This document shows, piece by piece, positions 52,173 through 61,581 of a DNA stretch of 64,000 bases. This DNA comes from Polyangiaceae bacterium (GTDB taxonomy: Bacteria; Myxococcota_A; Polyangia; Polyangiales; Polyangiaceae): contig CBDCTZ010000016.1 of NCBI GenBank assembly GCA_965222375.1, positions 992,001 through 1,056,000 on the forward strand, read 5' to 3'. The notes below the pieces were generated by a model. That model saw only the letters and a list, made by a program, of their open reading frames with translations. It was not told the origin of the DNA and ran no database searches. Made by a program: the position numbers and the translations under genes. Position 1 is the stretch's first letter, and every line of letters starts with the position of its first letter.

Positions 52173-52523
52173 ATGCATCGCAAGTCTCGCTCATGCCCCC
52201 GCATCGCTCGCTTCGCTCACGAACGAAGGCGTCATCCCACGTTTTCAGAAGCCAAGCTCTGGTCTCGCTTGAAGGGCAGCCAACTTGGGGTTGGCTTTCG
52301 TCGTGAGTTTGTCGTCGGCCGGTTCATCGTCGACCTGTGCGCACCGTCGCGCAGGCTCGCAGTGGAAGTTGACGGTGGCTATCACGCTCGCGTAGCTGCG
52401 CGGGATGCCCGCCGTGACCGTGCGCTTGTTCGCGCCGGCTGGCGTGTCGTGCGCGTGGATGCTGAGCTGGTCGTGAGCGACATCGACGCTGCAGTGCAGG
52501 TAGTGCGGCGCGCTCTGGGTTAG
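52173..52523 (+). CDS. DUF559 (Vsr-like) endonuclease
   Basis: T.SE..LW..L, FRR...GRFIVD, LAVEVDG.YH, D..RD..L...GWRVVR. Confidence 0.88.
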   Translation: MHRKSRSCPRIARFAHERRRHPTFSEAKLWSRLKGSQLGVGFRREFVVGRFIVDLCAPSRRLAVEVDGGYHARVAARDARRDRALVRAGWRVVRVDAELVVSDIDAAVQVVRRALG

Positions 52524-52531
52524 CCTGCCGC

Positions 52532-53311
52532 TCAGCTTGCTCGTTGGTGTCGTTTCGTTGCTGGGGTTGGCGCTGCCGCTTGCTTGACTGTTGGTCTAGC
52601 TGCGGGAAAGGTGCCGCTCTTGATGAGGGTGACCTTTGCGGTCAGCCTGACGAGGCCGCCGTGGGAGTCGAGGAGGGGCTCGAAGAGACCGAGGGCCTTG
52701 TCGAGGCGGCCGATGGCTTGGGTGATGCGGTTTTCCATGCGCTTGCGAGCGTCGTCGTCCTCGGGATATGGCTCTTCGAATAGAGCTGGTGCGACGTCTT
52801 TGCGCCGCAGCAGGCCACGGGTAGCGATCAGCGTGAACAATTCCAACTGCTGGTTTTCGAGTTGAACGTGGTGGTCCGAGGTAGGGCTGCGTAGCTCACC
52901 GGAGTTTGCATCGAGAGTGAGGGAACTTGTGCTCTTCTGGGGCGGCGGCTCCGAGCGGCGGCGCAAGATGCTGAATAGGATGGCGGCAATCTCCGCTGGC
53001 GAGGTGCCTTTGCGAATCACCTCGATGAACCCCATCCGGTACGCTTGGATGCGCTCGTCTTCATCGGCCTTGCCGGTGTAGAGGATGCAGGGCGTGGTGA
53101 CGCCTTTGGCGCGGAGGGCTTGGAAGACGGTGAGGCCGTCCGTGTCGCCCAGATCGTAATCGAGCAGGATGACATCTGCGCCCGAGCTGGGAGCGATGGC
53201 GAGCAGTGCCTCAGCCTTGCTGAAGCACGTCAGCTTGATGCCGCGACCGCTCAGGGCTTGGCGGAGGCTGGCGAGGATTTTTGGCTCGTCGTCGAGGTAG
53301 AGGGCGTGCAT
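52532..53311 (-). CDS. Response regulator paralog RR1
   Basis: LYLDDEP, LLDYDL, YTGKA, IRK, wHTH-like C-half. Confidence 0.85.
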   Translation of the reverse strand: MHALYLDDEPKILASLRQALSGRGIKLTCFSKAEALLAIAPSSGADVILLDYDLGDTDGLTVFQALRAKGVTTPCILYTGKADEDERIQAYRMGFIEVIRKGTSPAEIAAILFSILRRRSEPPPQKSTSSLTLDANSGELRSPTSDHHVQLENQQLELFTLIATRGLLRRKDVAPALFEEPYPEDDDARKRMENRITQAIGRLDKALGLFEPLLDSHGGLVRLTAKVTLIKSGTFPAARPTVKQAAAPTPATKRHQRAS

Positions 53312-53334
53312 GGGGGAATCAAATGAGTGTTCGT

Positions 53335-53766
53335 TTAGCCCGTGTCGAGGTCTCCTCGAAGTCGTGTCCGAAGCTCGGCGGTGGTCGGCTCACTCCTGCT
53401 GAGGAGCCAGGTGTTGTAGCGGTGGAAGATGACGTGCAATCCGCCTGTTGTCAGGTCGCGAGAAAAACTCTCAAGTGCCTTCGATAGGTCGCCGAGAAGA
53501 GCTTCGTCTTCATCGCCTACGGGTGGTCGCGACAGGTCAGTTGCGGGGTCCCGTTGATGTCGAATTAGCATCGACCAAGACAAATTCGTCCATTCATCGC
53601 TCCCCGTCAGAAGCCATTCCCGGAAGCCCACCAGGGCGCCTCCTTGAAGTGCCAGGTCGTACCCTTCAATAAAGGCCACCACGGCCACGAAACTGTGAGC
53701 CTGGACGTACATCCCAGGCTTCTCACAGACGTATCGAAACAGTGTAAGGGCATCGCATTGCACCAC
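53335..53766 (-). CDS. Putative immunity protein for Rhs CT1
   Basis: GGGAG then GTG just after the toxin stop; KPGMY...FIEGY...FREWL. Confidence 0.65.
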   Translation of the reverse strand: MVQCDALTLFRYVCEKPGMYVQAHSFVAVVAFIEGYDLALQGGALVGFREWLLTGSDEWTNLSWSMLIRHQRDPATDLSRPPVGDEDEALLGDLSKALESFSRDLTTGGLHVIFHRYNTWLLSRSEPTTAELRTRLRGDLDTG

Positions 53767-53782
53767 GACCGATTGCTCCCTT

Positions 53783-56700
53783 CTAGAACGGCGTAGCCCG
53801 GAAGAACTTGTCCGCAATGTGCGTGTTGGGAGAGTCCAAGAACCTCAGCGAGTTGCGCCACTCGCTATACTTTACCCCTCCGGGATTCAGGTTGTCGAAC
53901 ACTGTGTTTCCCACTCGGATTGCCTCATGCACATCGTCTCCGACCAGCGTGCCTTGCCCGCGAATGTCGCCAATTCGAGCACCCTGTTTCTCGAGTCGAA
54001 GCCGGGAGCCACTGATGCCTTGTTGCTTCAACGCGGCCTCCAATTGGCTGGCGAAGTCTATGCACTTGCCATAGCACTTCGATCCACTCGGAATGTTTGC
54101 CGCGGCTTTCCTCGCTTTGGCTAGCTTCACTGCGCGGGCACCCGGTCCAAGTGCCGCGCCCAACAATGCAGCCGTCGCCACTCCACCCCACGTGATGCAC
54201 TTAAACGTGCCGCCGTTGAGGGCTAGCTGCGTGCCGATCTCATACGCCGCCTCCGCGCCAGCTCTGACCACCACGACAGCGAGCCAAGGCACATCCCCGT
54301 CTGGATCCACATAGTTAGCCGGGTCATTGCCTGCGTAATTATACAGGTTCCAGCCGCCGGAGAAACCGCTGGGGTCCCTCGTGATGAACCTCCTCGCCTG
54401 CGGGTCGTAGTCGCGGGCTCCGAGGTGCAGTAGCTCGGTGTCGGGGTCCCACAGCCCGCCTCCGAAGGCGAAGGGTTGGTCGTTGACTGAGCCGGTGACG
54501 TAGGTAGGCGTCCCCCAGTCGTCGTAGTCGATGCGTTGGAGGGTGGTGCCGTTGATGGCATTGAGCACTAGGCGCACGGAGCCTAGGTGGTCGGTGACTA
54601 TTTGGTAGACGGTGGTCCCTTTGATCAGGATATCCGGAACGTGGGCGCCGCGGGCGTAGATGAATTGGCTGACTACGGTGCCGGAGCTGTTGAGCTCGGC
54701 TACTAGGCGGTTGCCTTCGGCGTAGAGGTAGCGCTTTTCGTCTTGCAGTACTGAGTTGACCGTCTTCTTGCGGGTGACTCGGCGGCCCAAGGAGTCGATT
54801 TCGTAGTCGATGGTGGTGTTTGCGGGGAGGCGGACTTGCATCAGGCCGCCTTCGGCGTCGTAGTTGTAGGTCGTTAGCTGGCCGGACTCTGTGCGGGTGT
54901 GGCGTTGGCCCGTGCTGGCGGCGTAGCTGTAGGATACGGCTGGTGAGTTCAGGGACGTGAGCCTGTCTTCGGTGTCGTAGGTGCCGAAGGTGGCTCCGTT
55001 CACGGTGAGCAGATTGCCGCGGGCGTCATAGGCGTAGGTCGTTGTGACGCTGTTCTTGGTGGACTTCCAGAGGCGGTTGGAGCCGTCGTAGTCGTAGGTC
55101 GTGATGGTGGGGTTTGCGGCGTTGAAGGAATCGCCACGGCTCGCGACTAGGCCGAGGGTGTTGTGGGTCAGGGTCTGCTTGTACTTTTCCGAAGCGCCAA
55201 AGGTCGTTTTGAGAGAAGTCAGGTCGCCGTATTTCAGTCCAGGATTCTCGTCATAGCCGTGGGTCGTCGTCAGGCTGCTCAACGTCCACGAGTTGAGACG
55301 GCCGCTTTGGCCGCTGCGGTTTGAGAGGCTAGCGGTGAAGGCTGGGGAAGTGCCGGTGACTTGGGTGACCAGGCTGTCGTTGTCGTAAGTCGTGGTCGCC
55401 GTGGCGCCGCCGGTGACGGCCTCGGTGGCTGGGCGCAGGAAGCCGTCGTAAGTGATGGTGTAGTTCTTCTGACCGGCCGTCGCCCAGGTCGTGCTGATCT
55501 GGTCGGGCAGCTTGCCCTTCCCGGTGTAGCGGAAGCCCGTGGTGACCCCGGCGCGAGTGATGCTCGTCACGCGGCCGACGGAGTCATGGGAATAGTTGCG
55601 GGCGGCACTGGTCGAGTCGGAGCCGACGACCCAGAACAGGCCGTCGGACAGCGGGAGGCCGGTGGTTGCGGACGGTGTGTAGTAGGCCGAGGAGACCTGA
55701 GTGTGGTCGGCGATGACGCGGCGATCATTATCTCGCTGGATGTTGCGCGCGTAGCCCGCAAGGGGGTGCCACTCGTGTTCCAGGAAGCCGGTTACGCCGT
55801 AGCCAAAGTCATAGCCGTTGCCGCTGGCGGCAGGCGTGACTTCTGTGGGGTTGGCGTTCGCATTCCATACGAGGTCCACATTCCCTCGAGTCGAAAGCGA
55901 TGCGTGCACGTGACGTGACTGGCTGACGAGGCCGCGCGGTTCGTGGGACAGCTCGGTGGTGCGCAGAATAGCCGCCCCGTTCTGTAGGTGCGTCTTGGTC
56001 AGCTCGCCGGGTTGGTTGTTGTACTCGTTCTTGATCCAGCGGTTTCCCTGTTTGACGAACTCGAGGCGGCCCTGGGCGTCATACAGATACGTGACGGGTT
56101 CGACCTCCGGATTGAACGCGTTGAGGGCGGTACTGGAGACTCGGCCCTGAGCGTCATAGGTTGCGATCAGATTGCGGTTCGCGGGCGACGTCCAGGTGAT
56201 GGTGCTGGCGTTGCGGTCGACCTTTTGTTTGTACGAGACCGCGCTGCCGGAAATCGGGGTGATCTTGCGGGTTTCGGTCAGGGTGTCGAAGTTGAGCGGA
56301 TCGGCGCCGGTCGTTGCACGGTCGACCTTCACGGTCAGCTTGTTGCTGCTATCTAGCTCGAGGGTCTCCTCCGTCGTTGCCGCCGCTAGGTTGAAGCGCG
56401 GGTCTCCAACCGGGCGAGAGATGCGCTTCGTGCCATCGGCCATTGTCACAGTGCGGGAGCCGTCCGGGCCGAAGGCGACGCTGACGTTGGAGCCGTCTGG
56501 GCGTGCGATGGAGCGAAACTTGGTTCCGGTGGCCGAGCGAGAGCTGGAGTAGGTCGTCACCAAGCCGCTGTTGGTCTGCACGTCGACCGTCTTCGTCGTG
56601 CCAAAGGTCTCCGTGAAGCTCTTGAAAGGTGTACCCGTCGGCGTGTTGTAGTCGCGGGCCTTTTCTACGCGGCCCAGGTTGTCATATTCGTATTGATACA

Positions 56701-59700
56701 GATCACCATCCGTCGTGGTGGCCCACTCGAGCAGACCGGTGTCGTTGTTGCCGCCGTCCAACTTGTACGTAAAGGAGTGCGTGTGCCCGGTTGGCCACGG
56801 CCAAACCGTGTTCAGCCAGCCTTCGGGGTGGAGGTAGATAGCCGTCAGGGCTGCGCCCCAATCCACGCGGGGTGGCAACACGTAGTCGAGGTCGCCAGCA
56901 GCGTTTCTATAGAAATAGGTGAACCCATCGGGGCCGTTCTTCGGTCCGGCGACCGCGGTGAGCAGTTGGCCTTTGTTGGGATAGGGAGTGTAGAAGAACT
57001 CGTAGATGGGTTTGCCGGTCAGGGCGTCGTAGGTCCAGAGGTGGCGGCCGAAGGAGTTGAAGATGTAGTATTCGCTGCCGTCGTCGCTGGGTACGACGTG
57101 GTCGCCCAGTTGCGTCGTCATGGCTCGGGCTGGAAGAACTTGCCTCAGGTTTTGGCAGCCGCCCAGGTCGTGATCAGACACATAGAGCGTGTTGTCGGGG
57201 CCGAAGGCCACGGAGAAGGGAGTGTGTATGCGAGCTCCAGTTGCGGGGCCGCCGTCACCGCTGCAATTGGGCACCGGAGGAACGGTCTTGGTCCCAGCAA
57301 CTGTCTGAACCGTGGCATTGATGACGCGTCGCACTCGGTGGTACGACCACTCCGAGAAGTACACCGCACCGTCGGTGCCCTCGGCTACGTCCGTGGGCTG
57401 GTCGAGTCGCGCCAGACTCGTTGAAATTGATTCTGTGTCAGGATCGGTCCCTCCCCCCGCGAACGTCGAGATTTGTCCGCTGGCGTCTACCCGACGGATG
57501 CGATGGTCAAACTGGTCTGCGATGTAGAGGCTGCCGTCGCTGCCGAGCCCGAGCCCCACTGGCCGGTTCAGTGCAGCTGCAGATGCGGGACCTCCATCGC
57601 CGCGGGGAATTTGAATTGGCGTCTTGCCCAGTTCGTTCACGATCGTCTGGGCGTAGCCCCCGATCACCCGGCGGATCTTGCGATTGTCCGTGTCGGCGAT
57701 GAAGAGCGTTCCGTCCGCAGCTAACTCGATTCCCTCCGGTGAGTTCAGAGCCACAGTCGTCGCGACGGCCGAAGTGTTGACTCCGTTGCCGGAGCTGCCT
57801 GTTCCCGCCACAGGCACCACACTGCTTCCGCCAGGCGGCAGCATCACGACCCGATGCGCACCGGTCTCCGCGATGTAGAGTGAACCGTCCGCGGCGACGG
57901 CGACATCCGATGGGCTGGCAAGGCCACTGACCACAGTCGTCATGTTGCCGTCAAGGATCTTGCGAACCTTGCCCGCGCCGAATTCAGGAACGTAAAGCGC
58001 ACCGTCCGGACCAAAGGCGATGCGTCCGGGGCGAGAGAGACACGCGCTCGCCGCCGGCCCGTCGCCCGGAGTACAGCTGCCTTGCTTGGCAGTCACAGAA
58101 GCGATGGTGTTCGAAAGGGAGGCAGCGTCTCGATGGCCTCCGCTTCCGTAGTACAGCGTGCGGGTTTGTGGAGCGTAGACGTGCTGCGCGTCCAGGGTCC
58201 ATCCGCCGAAGCCGAGCTTGGTGGCGTCCAAGGAGCCAAGCACGAACTGGTTCCGGGTCCAGACTGTGACTTCTTCCCGGGCGGGATTAGCTGTCCAGGG
58301 GGCAGTGCCCGCGGCGATCGGTACATTGAAACCCGGAGCTGCCGCGTACTTGGCGCCATAGCTAAGTCCTGTCTCGACGGTGACCTGTTGAGGGCCGTCT
58401 ACCGGATTGCCAAATGCATCGAGGCCATCCCAGTCGATCGGGATATCGATGGACCCGGGCCAACCACTCACGGGCTCATCTTCGGTATGCGTTGTTGTCT
58501 GGCCGGCGAAGCTGATCTTGACGTCGAGGCGTTTCGGGGACGTGCCCCCGCCACCCCCGACGCTCACGCGCAAGACGAACCGGTACGCGGCCCGATAGCC
58601 TGCAACCCGAGAGCTTTGGTACACCAGTGAGAAAGGCGTGTTGTAGAGGGGGACGGACTTGCCGACGACCTGGGTCTCGCACTCGATGACGGATCCCGAC
58701 GTGGTGCATGGGGAGTCCTCGGGCAGGTCGATATCGGGCCAGGCAGGATCGCTACCGTCGGCGACGTACGGCCAGTTGAAGTCCAGGGGCGAGAAGTGCT
58801 GGACCGGGACTCGCCACAGCTCGGTGGCTGCGGAGTAGGTTGCGGCCAATTGCTGCCGCTCTGCCAATGTGATGCCGGTGTTGTCTGCAGTCTCGTTACC
58901 CGTGGTATCGACGTTTGCAGCGGCAGGCGTGCCCGAGATGCTGATGATCTTGACGACCTTGCCGTTGAGAGCGCTGCCGCTCGTATCCAGGTGTTGTAGC
59001 CACGCGCCTTTGTTGGCGTCATAGTAGCCGCTCGGAACGAGGGCCCCGACCGGGAAGTCCAGGAAGTTGTCGACGTAGATCGGCACCTGCTGGTCAAAGG
59101 TCGGATGCAACACCTGGCCCGTGGCGGCATCCTTGGCCATCATTTCGACGGCGTAGGTGTAGCCGGAAGATGGCGGCAGCGCCGCCGGCATGCGCTCTCG
59201 ACCCTCGTCGCCTACGCTGTACTCCTTGGCGCCAACCGTCACGTTTGCGGTGACGGGATTGCCGTCGTTGGTCCAGTTGGTGTTTGGCGGGAAGAAGGCT
59301 CGGGCGGTGCGCGTGCCATCGGTGTCCGTTTCCGATGCTCCGGCGACCACCGTCCAGCTCGAGGAGCCCGGGGTGATGGTGGTCCCCGTGGGTTCCGCTA
59401 CGAGTTCGACGGGATCGAGGTTCACGAATTGACCAGCGACCGGTCGAATGACGCGCTCGGCGGGGAGGTAGCCGTCCTTTTCGAAGCGAAGACGGATCGG
59501 AGTGCCGCCGTTGACGGCCATGTAGAAGCGGCCAGTCGCATTGCCGCTGCCGCCGACAGAGGAATACAGCTCGCTCAAGACGTGCGCGTAGTTGGGCTGC
59601 TCGGGGACGGAAACCTTCACGTTGGCCAGGCCGACCTGCGCACCGGATTGCTCACGGAGAACGGTGCCGGACACCACGCTGACGCGGTCGCGTTTCAGCG

Positions 59701-60088
59701 TCCACCACAACTCACCGGTACCCGGCTCGGTCGGGACGGGCTGGAGTCGCGGCTCCCCGCGCTCTGCCGCAAGCGTCGGATCGATGAGGAAGGACACGCG
59801 GTCCGCGAACTCGCCCGGCAGCTCACCTTGGACCGTCGCGCAACTCGAGTAGGCGGGATGGTTGACGCAGGTGCCGCTGATGTCCACAACGGTCCAGCAA
59901 TAGGTCAGAGCCGAGCAGGCGGCGCTCTTGGTAGAGGCCGTGTCGCTAGGATTGCCTCCTTCGCCACCCTTGTCTCCGCCGCAGGCCTGGACCAACGCGA
60001 GCACCAGCATCGCGAGGGTTCGCAAGCTCCGGAGTGCAACCTTCTTCGATGACGTTCCAATTCGCCTTTGCATCTCGTCCTCCAACAC
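53783..60088 (-). CDS. Teneurin-like NHL + YD/Rhs polymorphic toxin with papain-fold (Tox-PL-2-like) C-terminus
   Basis: Signal with VQAC lipobox, HFS..D.NWP, NHL repeats (LFIADTDN..IRR), YD repeats, Rhs core to DPDG, C-terminal C..FA...HEA...VFDNL.P.G. Confidence 0.9.
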   Translation of the reverse strand: MLEDEMQRRIGTSSKKVALRSLRTLAMLVLALVQACGGDKGGEGGNPSDTASTKSAACSALTYCWTVVDISGTCVNHPAYSSCATVQGELPGEFADRVSFLIDPTLAAERGEPRLQPVPTEPGTGELWWTLKRDRVSVVSGTVLREQSGAQVGLANVKVSVPEQPNYAHVLSELYSSVGGSGNATGRFYMAVNGGTPIRLRFEKDGYLPAERVIRPVAGQFVNLDPVELVAEPTGTTITPGSSSWTVVAGASETDTDGTRTARAFFPPNTNWTNDGNPVTANVTVGAKEYSVGDEGRERMPAALPPSSGYTYAVEMMAKDAATGQVLHPTFDQQVPIYVDNFLDFPVGALVPSGYYDANKGAWLQHLDTSGSALNGKVVKIISISGTPAAANVDTTGNETADNTGITLAERQQLAATYSAATELWRVPVQHFSPLDFNWPYVADGSDPAWPDIDLPEDSPCTTSGSVIECETQVVGKSVPLYNTPFSLVYQSSRVAGYRAAYRFVLRVSVGGGGGTSPKRLDVKISFAGQTTTHTEDEPVSGWPGSIDIPIDWDGLDAFGNPVDGPQQVTVETGLSYGAKYAAAPGFNVPIAAGTAPWTANPAREEVTVWTRNQFVLGSLDATKLGFGGWTLDAQHVYAPQTRTLYYGSGGHRDAASLSNTIASVTAKQGSCTPGDGPAASACLSRPGRIAFGPDGALYVPEFGAGKVRKILDGNMTTVVSGLASPSDVAVAADGSLYIAETGAHRVVMLPPGGSSVVPVAGTGSSGNGVNTSAVATTVALNSPEGIELAADGTLFIADTDNRKIRRVIGGYAQTIVNELGKTPIQIPRGDGGPASAAALNRPVGLGLGSDGSLYIADQFDHRIRRVDASGQISTFAGGGTDPDTESISTSLARLDQPTDVAEGTDGAVYFSEWSYHRVRRVINATVQTVAGTKTVPPVPNCSGDGGPATGARIHTPFSVAFGPDNTLYVSDHDLGGCQNLRQVLPARAMTTQLGDHVVPSDDGSEYYIFNSFGRHLWTYDALTGKPIYEFFYTPYPNKGQLLTAVAGPKNGPDGFTYFYRNAAGDLDYVLPPRVDWGAALTAIYLHPEGWLNTVWPWPTGHTHSFTYKLDGGNNDTGLLEWATTTDGDLYQYEYDNLGRVEKARDYNTPTGTPFKSFTETFGTTKTVDVQTNSGLVTTYSSSRSATGTKFRSIARPDGSNVSVAFGPDGSRTVTMADGTKRISRPVGDPRFNLAAATTEETLELDSSNKLTVKVDRATTGADPLNFDTLTETRKITPISGSAVSYKQKVDRNASTITWTSPANRNLIATYDAQGRVSSTALNAFNPEVEPVTYLYDAQGRLEFVKQGNRWIKNEYNNQPGELTKTHLQNGAAILRTTELSHEPRGLVSQSRHVHASLSTRGNVDLVWNANANPTEVTPAASGNGYDFGYGVTGFLEHEWHPLAGYARNIQRDNDRRVIADHTQVSSAYYTPSATTGLPLSDGLFWVVGSDSTSAARNYSHDSVGRVTSITRAGVTTGFRYTGKGKLPDQISTTWATAGQKNYTITYDGFLRPATEAVTGGATATTTYDNDSLVTQVTGTSPAFTASLSNRSGQSGRLNSWTLSSLTTTHGYDENPGLKYGDLTSLKTTFGASEKYKQTLTHNTLGLVASRGDSFNAANPTITTYDYDGSNRLWKSTKNSVTTTYAYDARGNLLTVNGATFGTYDTEDRLTSLNSPAVSYSYAASTGQRHTRTESGQLTTYNYDAEGGLMQVRLPANTTIDYEIDSLGRRVTRKKTVNSVLQDEKRYLYAEGNRLVAELNSSGTVVSQFIYARGAHVPDILIKGTTVYQIVTDHLGSVRLVLNAINGTTLQRIDYDDWGTPTYVTGSVNDQPFAFGGGLWDPDTELLHLGARDYDPQARRFITRDPSGFSGGWNLYNYAGNDPANYVDPDGDVPWLAVVVVRAGAEAAYEIGTQLALNGGTFKCITWGGVATAALLGAALGPGARAVKLAKARKAAANIPSGSKCYGKCIDFASQLEAALKQQGISGSRLRLEKQGARIGDIRGQGTLVGDDVHEAIRVGNTVFDNLNPGGVKYSEWRNSLRFLDSPNTHIADKFFRATPF

Positions 60089-60153
60089 CCGCCTCGCGGG
60101 CGATGGGGAAACTCGGGGGCGTGTGGGACGCGATCAACTGACAAAAATCTGAC

Positions 60154-60774
60154 ATGGCGCAGACGCCGGTGCAACGGCAAATGCTTCGATACGCAGACGG
60201 ACGCTTCGAACTGCGGTGGATGCGGCAACATGTGCGCCGAAAACGAGGTTTGCACCGGCGGCGCCTGCGTCTGCGCGCCTGGCGCCAAGCTGTGCGGCGG
60301 CTCGTGCATGGTAACGGCGACCAGCTTTTCGAACTGCGGAGCATGCGGCAACCAGTGCAAGAATGCCGAGGTCTGCACCAAGGGAAGCTGTGCCGCGCCC
60401 ACGAGCAGCTGGCAGATGCTCGGCTACGATGGACGCCACGCGGGCGAAAACCCGCTGGAGACTGGCAAGCCTCCCCTCGACCTTTCTTGGAGCGTGAGGC
60501 TGGCTTCGGGCACTGCGAGCGCGCCGGTGATTGATGAGGGGCGCGTGTATGTCACGGCCAGGGATTCCGCCAGCAGCAAGTACTCGCTTTTTTCGCTTGC
60601 ACTGTCGGACGGAAGCCAACTCAACGGCGACTGCAAGTGCTGCGAGGAGGAGTGTCCGCCACCGGCTGATCCAGTTGCCGGTTGCGGGCAAACCGGCGGT
60701 CCAGAGCCCAACGGCTGCGATGCGTCGCTGTGCAATGCGACCTGCGCCCTGATGGCGTGCGAGTGGGGGACGTG
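60154..60774 (+). pseudogene. Cys-rich repeat / PQQ-propeller-start fragment, interrupted by IS21
   Basis: D.SNCG.CG..C repeats, WQMLGYDGRH...APVI..GRVYV, then a Cys-rich stretch cut at WGTC. The frame resumes after 63986 as (T)CDA. 5' end unclear. Confidence 0.65.
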
Positions 60775-60813
60775 TGTTAGCGGTCATGAAAAAGGGCGCA
60801 TAGATGGGCGCGT

Positions 60814-61581
60814 CTAAGTGGGCTTGTTCGCCTTTTTGGAGGCGGCGCGTTCTTTGGCTTCCTTTGCGCGGTAACTCTGGCCCTGGATGTGGATGACTTC
60901 GCAGCGGTGGATGAGGCGATCGACCAAGGTGACGACGCAGGCGGCGTGGGGAAAGACGTCGGGCCACTCGCTGAAGGGCTTGTTCGTGGTCAGCACCACG
61001 GGCTTGAGCGCCTCGTAGCGTCTGGTGACGACCTCGAAGAGCAGATCGGCATAGCGGCTGTCGTAGGAAAGGTAACCGACCTCGTCGACGCACAGGAGCT
61101 GCGGGTGGGTGTATTGGCGCAGGCGACGGCTGAGGGCGGCGCTGCTGTCTTGACCCGCAAGTTCGTTGAGCATGGCGCTGGCTGTGGTGAAACGCACCGT
61201 ATAGCCGCGCATCACGCAGTGATGTGCGAGATTTTTGAGCAACATCGTCTTGCCGACGCCGTTGGGCCCAAGCAACACGGCATTGGCGCCTTCGGCGAAT
61301 AGGTTGAGGCGAAAGAGCTCGTCGACGGAGCTCTTGTCGATCTTCTTCGGCCACTTCCAATCGAAGTCGGTGAGCGGCTTGAATCGACCCAGCCGGGCAT
61401 TTTTGATGCGACGCTCCAGACTGCGCCGGGTGCGTTCGGCTTCCTCGTAGGCGAGCAACGGACCAAGCCAATCTGCGCTCACCACGTCGTCCCAGTTGGC
61501 CAGAAGACCGTGCAACCCCAGGCGGTGCGCACGCTCTCGCAGATCCTTGTCAGCCTGATCGCTCGTCGTCGTTGTCATCAT
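60814..61581 (-). CDS. istB: IS21 helper ATPase
   Basis: [38 protein letters not shown]. Confidence 0.95.
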   Translation of the reverse strand: MMTTTTSDQADKDLRERAHRLGLHGLLANWDDVVSADWLGPLLAYEEAERTRRSLERRIKNARLGRFKPLTDFDWKWPKKIDKSSVDELFRLNLFAEGANAVLLGPNGVGKTMLLKNLAHHCVMRGYTVRFTTASAMLNELAGQDSSAALSRRLRQYTHPQLLCVDEVGYLSYDSRYADLLFEVVTRRYEALKPVVLTTNKPFSEWPDVFPHAACVVTLVDRLIHRCEVIHIQGQSYRAKEAKERAASKKANKPT

